In this document: positions 17,938 to 27,434 of the stretch, piece by piece
Numbering within the stretch: position 1 is the stretch's first letter
Layout of the letters: the number at the start of each line of letters is the position of its first letter
Assembly (NCBI GenBank): GCA_965203355.1
Contig: OZ241889.1
Location: 3,872,001-3,936,000, forward strand
DNA from: Candidatus Latescibacterota bacterium
GTDB taxonomy: Bacteria > Latescibacterota > UBA2968 > UBA8231
Direction: 5' to 3'
DNA: 64,000 bases
Made by a program: the position numbers and the translations under genes
The notes under the pieces: generated by a model
What the model saw: only the letters and a program-made list of their open reading frames with translations
Databases searched by the model: none
What the model was told of the DNA's origin: nothing

Positions 17938-18945
17938 ATGATCTATGAATATGCACTGGATCCCGAACTTGTTGTAACATGGAGTTCTGAAGATTGTGAC
18001 TACTTCATCGACAAGTTTGGCTTTGATAGGGATGGCAACGCAACAGGTCGCATAATATCTAAATATCCATATCCTAATAATAACCGCGACATAAGTTGGG
18101 ATAATATAGTTAGCAAAACGCTCAAAAGAACTTGTCGTACTAGTAAAGAAAAAAAAATCATAGACGTGTTATTGGAAGAAATAAAAAAGGAAAAAAGGAG
18201 TATCACTCGTTCTATTACATCTAGGGATTGGGATCCGAATAAATCATGGCTTGAAAACGCCGAGGCTGAGCAGGAAGCAAATATTAACCGTCCTTTTCGT
18301 GCGATTCTTGCCCGTGAAAACCCAAGAAAAAAAGACTACGTGATTACTAATACAAGGCCTGCGTCCCTCAAAGATCAATCGCCTTGTCTTTGGCGTGTAT
18401 CGAGAGGAATAACCATAGCTCGAAGCACAAAGGTAATGGCAGAGTGCTTTGGTCCAATACTGAGATGTGCAACTTTAATCCTTTTTATAGATCCAAATTT
18501 CGATCCAAAAAAGTCTAAATGGAGAAAACCGTTGAGAAAATTCCTAGAAATTATTTATGATTCAAAGCATCGTGGTGTCATAGTTCAATACCTTACCTCT
18601 AAGAAAATATTTAGTAGCCAAAATGTATGTCAATGTGAATGGAATCTTTTTTGCAAAAAATGCAAATCCCTCAAGGAATACGTTGGCTCTGGATGTGATC
18701 TAATCGTCTGCTGTCTTAACAAAAGAAATAGTGATCAAGAACTCCATGACCGATTTATCCTTACTAACATTGGTGGGGTAACGATAACTTACGGTTTAGA
18801 TATTGGTAGAGGTAAGAATAACATCCATCTTATGGACAGAGAATCCTACAATACTCATTTTAAGCTGTATCGTACACATGTTGAGAAGGAATTTGAGTGT
18901 AAAAAGTGGATGGACGACTCGCGACACTCGAAATCGACATCCTAA
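17938..18945 (+). CDS. Hypothetical ATPase partner with a C-terminal HDRFILT motif (PLD-like nuclease fold candidate)
   Basis: 335-aa AT-rich ORF starting 2 nt after the ATPase stop. FIDPNFDP and LHDRFILT...G...GLD motifs resemble single-motif PLD-like domains. Confidence 0.65.
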   Translation: MIYEYALDPELVVTWSSEDCDYFIDKFGFDRDGNATGRIISKYPYPNNNRDISWDNIVSKTLKRTCRTSKEKKIIDVLLEEIKKEKRSITRSITSRDWDPNKSWLENAEAEQEANINRPFRAILARENPRKKDYVITNTRPASLKDQSPCLWRVSRGITIARSTKVMAECFGPILRCATLILFIDPNFDPKKSKWRKPLRKFLEIIYDSKHRGVIVQYLTSKKIFSSQNVCQCEWNLFCKKCKSLKEYVGSGCDLIVCCLNKRNSDQELHDRFILTNIGGVTITYGLDIGRGKNNIHLMDRESYNTHFKLYRTHVEKEFECKKWMDDSRHSKSTS

Positions 18946-19439
18946 TTCCGGGGCGCGGCGAGGTCCCTTTCAGCGATCTCCACACTAGCCCCAACCCCGA
19001 TAGCCGCGGATCGCTCCTTCGCCCTTGCCTGCTGCCCTTTTTCAGTGTATTTATAATCCACTTTTGTATTCGTCTTGGCTGAGCAAAAACAAACCCAACT
19101 CATGGCTGAACATTACTATCGATCACTAGCAAAAAATCGCGCTGGGAGGTTTTGATGGGCACTTGGGCACGAGCATGGACACCAACTTTGACCGAGCGAG
19201 AAACCGTGCTTTTCGTTTTGAATGAGGACGAGCTAAATGCACGCTCGCCAGAGCACCGTTGATTTTTCAACGAAGTGTATCATCCGCAATTTGACAGAGA
19301 TCGCTGGAAAAGCACCTAACCCAGCATTTGCATTGGACAACATGGCCAATTTGGCGCGAGTTAATGAACCGATGAAATACAACGCGCATTTTGGGGGCCA
19401 AAAAATGGGTCGTAGAGCATTCACAAAGGCTGAATAGCA

Positions 19440-20435
19440 ATGGGAGATTCAGGTAGTACAGTGGCAGTGACCGGTGCTGCGGGCTTTCTCGGCAGCCACA
19501 TATGCCGCGCCTTGTTGCACGGCGGATATGCGGTGCGCGCTGTCGCGCACGAGGGCAGCAATCGCAAACTTCCCGCGGACCTGAGCGATCAGGTCGAATG
19601 GCGACTGGCCGATGTCCGCAATCCCGAGTCGTTAAACCAAGCATTCCAACACGCCCACGCCATCGTTCACAGTGCTGAAATTGCGACAGTTGACGCCGAT
19701 CCCAAAGGGTTGGCAGATGCAATCAACTTGACGGGTACTCGCAACGTGATTCAAGCATGTATTAGCACCGGCGTCCACCGACTGATACACATCAGTTCCA
19801 TACACGCATTCAGCCCGCTACGCGGAACGATTCTGAGTGTCAGTTCAAAACTGGGCCAAGACTCCAAGATCCCCTACACGGCCACCAAAGCCGAAGCGCA
19901 CGTAAGCGTACTCGATGCGGCGAGAAGCGGTTGGCTCAATGCATCTATCGTCTGTCCGGCAAACCTCATAGGTCCCGGCGACAGCGAGCCGACCCGCGCC
20001 GGTCGCATCCTGCTGGCCATAGCGCACAAGCGACTCCCGTGGCTCATCAACGGAGGGGGCTGGTGGAGCGACGTGCGAGATGTGGCAAATGCCATCGCCC
20101 ATGCGGTGGGAGCCAACGAATACGGGGGCGAGGTTCACTTTACGGCCGGGCGATACGCAAAAATCCGCGGACTAGCGCACCTGTGTTCTCAGGTTTTGGG
20201 ACATAGCGTGATGCGCCCGGTCATACCCTACTTTCTAGCGCGGACAGGTTTGCCCTTGATCAAGCGGAACCCACCGTTTTTTTACTCCCGCCATTCACTC
20301 AAACTCCTGCGCGACAGCCCGCTATCCGTTGATGAATCCTCGGCGCGGAATCAACTCGGATACGAACCGCGGCCCCTTAACGAATCGGTCCGCGACGCCC
20401 TCGATTGGTTCGCCGCGCAGGGAACGCGCTTGTAA
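19440..20435 (+). CDS. NAD-dependent epimerase/dehydratase (dihydroflavonol-reductase/HpnA-like)
   Basis: VTGAAGFLG, HISSIHA, YTATK (YxxxK), DVRDVA. Confidence 0.85.
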   Translation: MGDSGSTVAVTGAAGFLGSHICRALLHGGYAVRAVAHEGSNRKLPADLSDQVEWRLADVRNPESLNQAFQHAHAIVHSAEIATVDADPKGLADAINLTGTRNVIQACISTGVHRLIHISSIHAFSPLRGTILSVSSKLGQDSKIPYTATKAEAHVSVLDAARSGWLNASIVCPANLIGPGDSEPTRAGRILLAIAHKRLPWLINGGGWWSDVRDVANAIAHAVGANEYGGEVHFTAGRYAKIRGLAHLCSQVLGHSVMRPVIPYFLARTGLPLIKRNPPFFYSRHSLKLLRDSPLSVDESSARNQLGYEPRPLNESVRDALDWFAAQGTRL

Positions 20436-20447
20436 CCGGGCAGGTTT

Positions 20448-21860
20448 TCACCCCGGCAGCGGATCTTCGCCCGCGTATGGCTGGTCGCCCACTTTTTCCT
20501 GTAGGCGGCGCAATTCCCCGCGCAACTGGCGCACCACTCCGGCATAGGCCGGGTCGCGGTACACATTGACCAGTTCGCACGGATCTTTTTCCAAATCGAA
20601 CAACTCCCATTCCGGCTCTTTGGGATCATTTAGGGCACCGGGCTGGCCCAAGGCATCGGCATAGTAGTAGATGAGCTTGTAACGCAAGGTGCGGACTCCG
20701 TAGTGCGCGTACACGTGGTGGTGCGCCAAGTGCATCCAGTAGCGATAGTACATCACCGTCTGCCAGTCGTCCGGGGTCCGGCCCGCTAGCACCGGGCGCA
20801 TGGAGCGGCCTTGGAACGAATCGGGTATGGCGACGCCGGCGTAGTCGAGGAAGGTGGGCGCAAAGTCCACGTTGAGGATCATGTCGGCGCTGACGCTGCC
20901 GGCGGCAATGGCGCGGGGATAGCGGATGAGGAAGGGCATGCGCAGCGATTCCTCGTACATGAAGCGCTTGTCGTACCAGCCGTGATCGCCGAGGAAAAAG
21001 CCCTGATCCGAAGTATAGACGACGATGGTGTCGTCGGCTATGCCCTCGGCGTCGAGATAATCGAGTACGCGGCCCACGTTGTCATCGACTGCGGCGACGC
21101 AGCGCAGATAGTCTTTTATATAGCACTGGTACTTCCACTTTTTCTCCTCTTCCGGGGACAGTCCTGTGGGTACGGGCCGCTTGAGATCGGTGGCGTTGAG
21201 GTCGCGATCAACGCGCATTTTGGCCGCTCCGGCGGCCGCCGCTCGATTCTGATAGTCGTCGGCAAAAGTCGCTGGCTCGGGCAGGTCTTCGCCTTCGTAA
21301 AGATGAGCGTGTTTTTCGTCCGGCTCCCACGGGCGATGCGGGGCCTTGTGGTGGTACATCAGGCAAAAGGGCCGCTCCTTGTCGCGTGCCCTAAGCCAGT
21401 CGAGCGACAAGTCGGTGATAATGTCGGTAGTATAGCCCTCGTATTGGACCTTGTCGCCGTTGCACACCATCTCCGGGTCGAAGTACGGGCCTTGTCCCTG
21501 GAGGATGTTGTAGTAGTCAAAGCCGGTGGGCCAGTGGGCCGGCCCCTCGCCTAGGTGCCATTTGCCGACGATCGCGGTCTGATAACCAACGCCCTGCAAG
21601 AGCTTGGCGAAGTTGAGCTGGCGGTTGTCGTGGCGCGAGTCCAAAGTGGTCATGCCGTTGACGTGATTGTACGTGCCGGTGAGGATGGTGGCGCGGGAGG
21701 GGCCGCAAATCGAATTGGTGCAAAAGCAGTTGTCAAAGCGCATGCCACCTTGGGCAATGCGATCGAGGTTGGGCGTGGTGTTGATGCGGCTGCCGTAGCA
21801 ACTCATGGCGTGGGCCGCGTGATCGTCAGTCATAATGAAGAGAATATTGGGACGAGACAT
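20448..21860 (-). CDS. Formylglycine-dependent sulfatase
   Basis: MSRPNILFIMTDDH, CGPSRATILTG (CxPxR), GKWHLG, YTSDQG, DKRFMYEES. SD AAGGAG upstream of the ATG at 21860. Confidence 0.95.
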   Translation of the reverse strand: MSRPNILFIMTDDHAAHAMSCYGSRINTTPNLDRIAQGGMRFDNCFCTNSICGPSRATILTGTYNHVNGMTTLDSRHDNRQLNFAKLLQGVGYQTAIVGKWHLGEGPAHWPTGFDYYNILQGQGPYFDPEMVCNGDKVQYEGYTTDIITDLSLDWLRARDKERPFCLMYHHKAPHRPWEPDEKHAHLYEGEDLPEPATFADDYQNRAAAAGAAKMRVDRDLNATDLKRPVPTGLSPEEEKKWKYQCYIKDYLRCVAAVDDNVGRVLDYLDAEGIADDTIVVYTSDQGFFLGDHGWYDKRFMYEESLRMPFLIRYPRAIAAGSVSADMILNVDFAPTFLDYAGVAIPDSFQGRSMRPVLAGRTPDDWQTVMYYRYWMHLAHHHVYAHYGVRTLRYKLIYYYADALGQPGALNDPKEPEWELFDLEKDPCELVNVYRDPAYAGVVRQLRGELRRLQEKVGDQPYAGEDPLPG

Positions 21861-22072
21861 AGAACTCCTTGCGAAAGGGTCAGTAGATGAGCACAGCCCC
21901 ACCCTCACCGGCGGCACCGAGCGCAAGGTCTGTCCATCGGTGCGCAGACCATCACGCCCTCCTGTTGAACGGCGCTCAATATAATGCAATGCACAACGGC
22001 CAGCTATTGACGCGAGCCCGTCTGGCTCCCTTTATATGCCAGTCTTCCAACCCCAACAAGGAGCTTTCCCAC

Positions 22073-22798
22073 ATGGGCAAATTAGGGTACGACGATACCC
22101 CGCTATTACCCAACTCCCCCTATTGCGTCCACGATCACCGGCGACCCGCCCCGGCGGTCGTAACGCCCGGCCACCACAACAGCCCCCCTTCAGACGCGGT
22201 CATCCTCTTCGACGGCACCCATCTCGACGGCTGGCAGAGCACCAACGGCGGCGACGCCCCTTGGCAAGTAGCCGACGGCTACATGGAGGTCGTGCCCCGG
22301 TCCGGCGATATGGTCAGCACAGCGCGCTTTGGCGACGTCCAGTACCATCTCGAATTTGCCTGCCCCAGCGAGGTCAAGGGCGAGAGCCAAGGGCGCGGCA
22401 ACAGCGGCGTCTTCCTCATGAGCCTGTACGAGATCCAGGTCCTCGACGGATACGACAACCCCACGTATGCCGACGGCACCACAGCCGCCGTCTATGGCGA
22501 GTATCCGCCGCTGGTCAACGCCTGCCTCCCGCCCGGCCAGTGGCAGACCTACGACATCTTCTGGACGGCCCCGCGCTTCAACGGCGCCGAGTTAGTCAGC
22601 CCAGCCTATCTCACTTTGGTCCACAACGGCGTCTTGGTCCACCACCACGTCGAGGTTTTAGGCCCCACCGGCCATCGCGGCCTCTATCGCTACGAAGTGC
22701 ATCCTCCCACCGGCCCGCTCCGCTTGCAAGATCACGGCGACTTAGTGCGCTATCGCAATATCTGGGCGCGGCCCGTGCAGGGATACGACGAAGGCTGA
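22073..22798 (+). CDS. DUF1080 (3-keto-disaccharide hydrolase-like) protein
   Basis: PPSDAVILFDG, GQ.RGNSGVF, YEIQVLD, WQTYDI, LQDHGD.VRYRNIW; AAGGAG SD. Confidence 0.9.
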   Translation: MGKLGYDDTPLLPNSPYCVHDHRRPAPAVVTPGHHNSPPSDAVILFDGTHLDGWQSTNGGDAPWQVADGYMEVVPRSGDMVSTARFGDVQYHLEFACPSEVKGESQGRGNSGVFLMSLYEIQVLDGYDNPTYADGTTAAVYGEYPPLVNACLPPGQWQTYDIFWTAPRFNGAELVSPAYLTLVHNGVLVHHHVEVLGPTGHRGLYRYEVHPPTGPLRLQDHGDLVRYRNIWARPVQGYDEG

Positions 22799-22862
22799 GG
22801 TGCTAAGGGCTGCGAGTACAATCTCGCAGCCCTTATTGCGCTCAACGTACGCAATCGCAGGA

Positions 22863-24764
22863 TCACCCCACCAAAACCCGCACATCCCCCTGCCGCACCG
22901 TCAGCCCCTCAGCATCAAAATAACCCAAAAGCGCCATCGCGCATTTGCGATTGCTGCCAATCAACGTGCGAAATTCAGCTACTGTAATCTCGCCATCGCG
23001 CTCGAGAAAATCGCGCAGCAGCGTCCGCGCCCGGGCCAGGGCCTCGCCATGAATCAACAACCCCCCTTCCAACGCGGTCACCGTCCCCAGTGCTTGCAGC
23101 ACTTGCACCAGGTCCGTCGCCTGCGGCAATGGGGCGTCGAGGATTTGGGCCAGCCCGGCCATCGTCGGCAAGTTGGCGAAATCCTCCATGTTAAGTTGCG
23201 TCTCCACAGCCGTCTTTAGCTCCGCTTGCTCCGAGGTGAAGCGGATGCGGTGCGACGCGGCCCGCACCACAGCCTCGTCCAGCGCGATCCGCCCCGCTTC
23301 CGCCAAGTAGTGTAACACGCAGTCGAACAATTCGGGCTGGATGTAGCGCGCGCTCAAATTGCGTAACTCCTCGCGTGGCAAGCCCAACTTGAGTGGCTGG
23401 GCGCGGTGAAAGCGCGCCAGCACGGCCTCGATCTCCGCACCCCAGCGCTCGCACACATCCAAATGCAAAACGTGCGTTTGCCCCTCGGACACCACGCGCC
23501 TGGCCCGGCCAGCCGCTACGAGCGCGTCCGTCAAACCCGTCAACCGCTCCACGCCAACGCCCAGCTCGCCGGCCAACGCCTGCTGGCTCTTGAGCCGGTC
23601 GTCCGCGCAGCCGAGCCAGCGCGCTACTACTGCGGGCAGATCGCCATCGGCCAACGCCTGCAAATGCGCCAGCAACGCTGGCTCAAAGCGCCGGTGCTTG
23701 GCCGGGTGCGGGTTGAGCACGCGGCCGCCGCCAATGGTCAGGGCCGGCGAGTACCGGCGCAGCACAAAACGGTCGCCCCATGCCGCAACTACGGGCACCT
23801 CCAAGCGAAGCTGCGCGAAACCCACCTGCCCGGGCATCAAGGGCTTGCCAGCGGGCAGCACGACCCGCGCCATAATCTCCCGCGTACCCAAGTGCAAGCG
23901 GACGCGCGTGCGCGACGCCATGGTCATCGGGCTTGAAGCGAGGAGTTGCACCTCGGCGTCTAGCATCTGCGTGGGGCGAAAAAATCCGGGCGCACCCAGC
24001 GAATGCCCGCGCACAACTTGGCCCTGCTCCACGCCGGCCAAATTGATCGCGGCGCGGTCGCCAGCCCGCACCTCTGGTACCGTCGCGCCGTGCTGTTGCA
24101 ACCGACGTACGCGCGCCAACCGCCCCTCGGGCGCGATCTCCACCCGATCGCCCTCGGCCAATACACCGGCCTGCACCGTGCCCGTACAGACGAGGCCAAA
24201 CCCCTTGACCCCAAAGGCCCGATCTACGGGCAAGCGGAACGGCGCGTCCGTGCGTTTGACCGCCGTGTCCTCAACCATGGCCAACAGCCGCTGACGCAGC
24301 GGGTCAATACCCTCGCCGCTGAGCGCGGAGACGCGAAAGAACTCGGCTTCGGCCAAAAAAGTACCACATACAAACTCCCGCACCTCCTCTTCCACTAAGT
24401 CCAGCCACTCCTCTTCCACCAAGTCGGCCTTGTTGATCACCACCACCCCGCGCTCGACCCCCAAAAGCCGCAGCACGTCGAGATGCTCCCGCGACTGCGG
24501 CATCACGCCATCGTCCGCGGCAATGACCAGCATGGCCACGTCAATGGTGCTGACGCCAGCTACCATGGTCTTGACGAAACGCTCGTGCCCGGGCACGTCA
24601 ATGATCGTGGCCTGATCGCCCAAAAAGGCAAAGCCGAGTTCAATGGTAATCCCCCGCGCCTGCTCTTCCGGGGCTTGGTCGGTATCCATGCCGGTCAGGG
24701 CCTTGACCAACAGCGTCTTGCCGTGGTCGATGTGTCCAGCCGTGCCAATAACGGTATGCGCCAT
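22863..24764 (-). CDS. selB: Selenocysteine-specific translation elongation factor
   Basis: [41 protein letters not shown]; C-terminal winged helices with [14 protein letters not shown]. Confidence 0.95.
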   Translation of the reverse strand: MAHTVIGTAGHIDHGKTLLVKALTGMDTDQAPEEQARGITIELGFAFLGDQATIIDVPGHERFVKTMVAGVSTIDVAMLVIAADDGVMPQSREHLDVLRLLGVERGVVVINKADLVEEEWLDLVEEEVREFVCGTFLAEAEFFRVSALSGEGIDPLRQRLLAMVEDTAVKRTDAPFRLPVDRAFGVKGFGLVCTGTVQAGVLAEGDRVEIAPEGRLARVRRLQQHGATVPEVRAGDRAAINLAGVEQGQVVRGHSLGAPGFFRPTQMLDAEVQLLASSPMTMASRTRVRLHLGTREIMARVVLPAGKPLMPGQVGFAQLRLEVPVVAAWGDRFVLRRYSPALTIGGGRVLNPHPAKHRRFEPALLAHLQALADGDLPAVVARWLGCADDRLKSQQALAGELGVGVERLTGLTDALVAAGRARRVVSEGQTHVLHLDVCERWGAEIEAVLARFHRAQPLKLGLPREELRNLSARYIQPELFDCVLHYLAEAGRIALDEAVVRAASHRIRFTSEQAELKTAVETQLNMEDFANLPTMAGLAQILDAPLPQATDLVQVLQALGTVTALEGGLLIHGEALARARTLLRDFLERDGEITVAEFRTLIGSNRKCAMALLGYFDAEGLTVRQGDVRVLVG

Positions 24765-24843
24765 CTGCTCAATGTCCTAGGTTGACGTGCTCTTCCTAGC
24801 CTATATTATGTCCAATTTTACGCACACAACAAGGAACTTCTCC

Positions 24844-25578
24844 ATGCAGCTCAAGCACCTGCGTCCCTACCAACTCACCGATGCAGTGGCCCAAGGGCAC
24901 CCCTTGCTCGTGCCGGCCGGCTGCATCGAAACCCACGGCCCGCACATGGCCATCGGCCACGACACCCTCATCGTCGAAGAAATATGCGCCCGCGTGGCCG
25001 CACGCACCGCTTGCGTCATTGCTCCGTCGTTTGACTACGGTCCCACCGGCTACGCCCTCGGCGGCCCCGCCGACGGGACCATCGACCCGGACTACGACGC
25101 CTTTGGCCGCTTGGCCAAAAGCATCCTGCGCAACTTCCTCGAAATGGGCTTCCGCAAGACCTACGTCATCATCATGCACCAAGGCATGGGCGGCCCCCTC
25201 GCCTTGGCCTTCAGCAAGGCCGCGGCCGAGCTGGCGTTTGAAAAGGTGCTCGCCGAGGGACATCCTCGCGGCTGGTGGGGCGACCGCGACGCGCTCGAGC
25301 GGGCTGGCTCTTGGGGCGGTCGCATCGAGGTGCAGCCCATGATCCTCCCGCCATCAAGTCCTCCGGCTGGAGGTGATCACGCCGGATACAACGAGACCTC
25401 TTTCCTGATGGCCGTCCGTCCCGAACTAGTCGAACAGGAGCACCTCGGCGACGACGCGCCTTGGTACTGCCGTCAAGACGAAGAAAAAAACAGTTGGACC
25501 GCCAACGCCCAACACGGCCAAGCCATGGTCGACGCTGTCGTCGAAGCCTGGGTGACAAAAATCGACAAGGAGCGTTAA
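24844..25578 (+). CDS. Creatininase/mycofactocin peptidase-family amidohydrolase
   Basis: PAGCIETHGPHMAIGHD and DHAGYNETS metal-binding motifs. Confidence 0.85.
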   Translation: MQLKHLRPYQLTDAVAQGHPLLVPAGCIETHGPHMAIGHDTLIVEEICARVAARTACVIAPSFDYGPTGYALGGPADGTIDPDYDAFGRLAKSILRNFLEMGFRKTYVIIMHQGMGGPLALAFSKAAAELAFEKVLAEGHPRGWWGDRDALERAGSWGGRIEVQPMILPPSSPPAGGDHAGYNETSFLMAVRPELVEQEHLGDDAPWYCRQDEEKNSWTANAQHGQAMVDAVVEAWVTKIDKER

Positions 25579-25579
25579 A

Positions 25580-26203
25580 ATGCCCCAAGTACTGACCGTT
25601 TATCCCGACCGCCTCAAAGGCCGCCACATCCAACGCGCCGCTGACGTGCTGCGCCAAGGCGGCGTCATCGTCTATCCCACGGACACCATCTACGGCCTGG
25701 GCTGCGACATTACCAATAAGCAGGCGATTGAGCGCGTACAGCGCATCAAGGGCCGCAACCGCAAAAAGCCCATGTCCTTTGTCTGCGCTGACCTGACCCA
25801 CATCAGCGACTACGCCCACGTCTCCAACTTTGCCCACCGCATCCTCAAGCAATGCCTGCCGGGCGCGTACACCTTCGTGTTGCCGGCTACCCGCCAAACG
25901 CCGCGCATCCTGCAAACCAAACAAAAGACCGTCGGCCTGCGGATTCCCGATCACCCGGTGCCGCTGGCCTTAGTCCAAGCCCTCGGCCAACCCATCCTGA
26001 GCACCAGTGCCAACTACGCCGATCAAGAAGTGATAACCGAACCGTGGGCTTTGGAGGAAAAGTTAGGGCCACAAGTGGATTTGATCTTGGAGTGCGGGCC
26101 GCTACCCGTAGAGGCTTCGAGCGTGGTGTCGCTGGTCGGAGATCAGGCCGAGGTGCTGCGGAAGGGCAAAGGGGATTTGAGCTTGTTTATCGAGGAAGGG
26201 TAG
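25580..26203 (+). CDS. Sua5/YciO/YrdC family protein (threonylcarbamoyl-AMP synthase-like)
   Basis: YPTDTIYGLGC, KGRNRKKP, LPGAYTFVL, VGLRIPD, STSAN. Confidence 0.92.
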   Translation: MPQVLTVYPDRLKGRHIQRAADVLRQGGVIVYPTDTIYGLGCDITNKQAIERVQRIKGRNRKKPMSFVCADLTHISDYAHVSNFAHRILKQCLPGAYTFVLPATRQTPRILQTKQKTVGLRIPDHPVPLALVQALGQPILSTSANYADQEVITEPWALEEKLGPQVDLILECGPLPVEASSVVSLVGDQAEVLRKGKGDLSLFIEEG

Positions 26204-26293
26204 CAGTCCGTCCTTTGGAGAAACTTCAGGATTGCATTTTGAGGAACTGATTTTTCGGACAACCACTCAACCATTACCAGAAAGGCTATTCAT

Positions 26294-27418
26294 ATGAGCG
26301 AGGAAGCCCGCGCCTTGTACGCGGATATGGGCGCGACGCCCGTGATCAATGCCCTCGGCAACCGCACCCTTTTAGGCGGATCGGCCCCCCACCCAGACAT
26401 CACCGCCGCTATGGAACTGGCCGGCCGCTACTACGTTGACATGGACGCTTTCTTGGCGAGCACCGGGCGGATCGTCGCCGACCTGCTCGGTGCCGAGGCC
26501 GCGCTGATTACCCCAGGCTGCGCCGCCGCATTGGTCCTCGGTACGGCCGCCTGCGTCACCGGCACAGACCCAGAGAAAATGGCCCGCCTGCCCGATACAA
26601 CCGGCATGACCAACCAAGTGGTCATCCAAAAGGCCCAGCGCTACAAATACGACCGCGTGGTGCGCCTGCCCGGCGTCACCCTCGTGGAGGCCGGCACCGA
26701 GCAAGGCACCACAGCCGACGAACTCGCGGCCGCGATCGGCCCCCAAACCGCCGCCCTGCTCTATCCGGCCATCGACAACGAAGCCGCCATCGTCCCGCTG
26801 GACGCAGCCCTTGACATCGCCCATGCCCACGACATCCCGGTCTTCGTTGATGCAGCCTTCCGCGTCTATCCCCTAGACGGCTTGACCCGCTACATCGCGG
26901 CCGGGGCCGACCTAGTCGGCTACGGTGCTAAGTACGTGGGCGCGCCTAACTCTTCGGGCATTCTCTGCGGGCGCGCCGACTTAATCGAAGCAGCCCATTT
27001 GCACAGCTTCGCCTGCTTTGAGACCCGCGACTTAGCCGGGATTGGCCGCCCGCTCAAGATCGACCGCCAAGAGGTCGTCGGCGTGGTCGTGGCCCTGCGC
27101 CGCTGGCTAGCCATGGACCACGACGCCCGCCACCAAAGCGACGCCCGCCGCGCCGAGACCGTGCGTCAGCATCTCGGCGAATGGCCTCACGTGCAAAGCT
27201 CGGTCCATGGCCCGTCCTTGACCTTGACCTTAGACGAACAAGCACTCGGCCAAACCGCCGCCGCCCTAGCAGAAGCCCTGCGCAACGGCAATCCCGCAGT
27301 CTGGCTCTCAGCGACCCCAAGCCAGCTTCACTTGTCCATGCCCACGGTCGCCGATGGCGATGAGGCCCTTTTGGCAGCACGGCTTAGGGCAGTCGTCGCG
27401 CCCAAACTCACACCGTAG
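26294..27418 (+). CDS. SelA-like/DgaE-like PLP-dependent enzyme
   Basis: PVINALGNRTLLGGS, VDAA, GADLV.YGAKYVGAP (PLP Lys), IGRPLKIDRQ. Lacks the N-terminal tRNA-binding domain of true SelA. Confidence 0.8.
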   Translation: MSEEARALYADMGATPVINALGNRTLLGGSAPHPDITAAMELAGRYYVDMDAFLASTGRIVADLLGAEAALITPGCAAALVLGTAACVTGTDPEKMARLPDTTGMTNQVVIQKAQRYKYDRVVRLPGVTLVEAGTEQGTTADELAAAIGPQTAALLYPAIDNEAAIVPLDAALDIAHAHDIPVFVDAAFRVYPLDGLTRYIAAGADLVGYGAKYVGAPNSSGILCGRADLIEAAHLHSFACFETRDLAGIGRPLKIDRQEVVGVVVALRRWLAMDHDARHQSDARRAETVRQHLGEWPHVQSSVHGPSLTLTLDEQALGQTAAALAEALRNGNPAVWLSATPSQLHLSMPTVADGDEALLAARLRAVVAPKLTP

Positions 27419-27434
27419 AGCCGTTCGAGCACTG

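Noticed and set aside
18946-19439. Short ORFs (e.g. 19237-19437) in the spacer after the island
   Set aside because: No recognisable motifs or convincing SD-ORF pairing; I cannot distinguish them from decayed sequence.
26294-27418. Annotation as true selA
   Set aside because: Too short and lacks the N-terminal domain; fits the SelA-like/DgaE group better.
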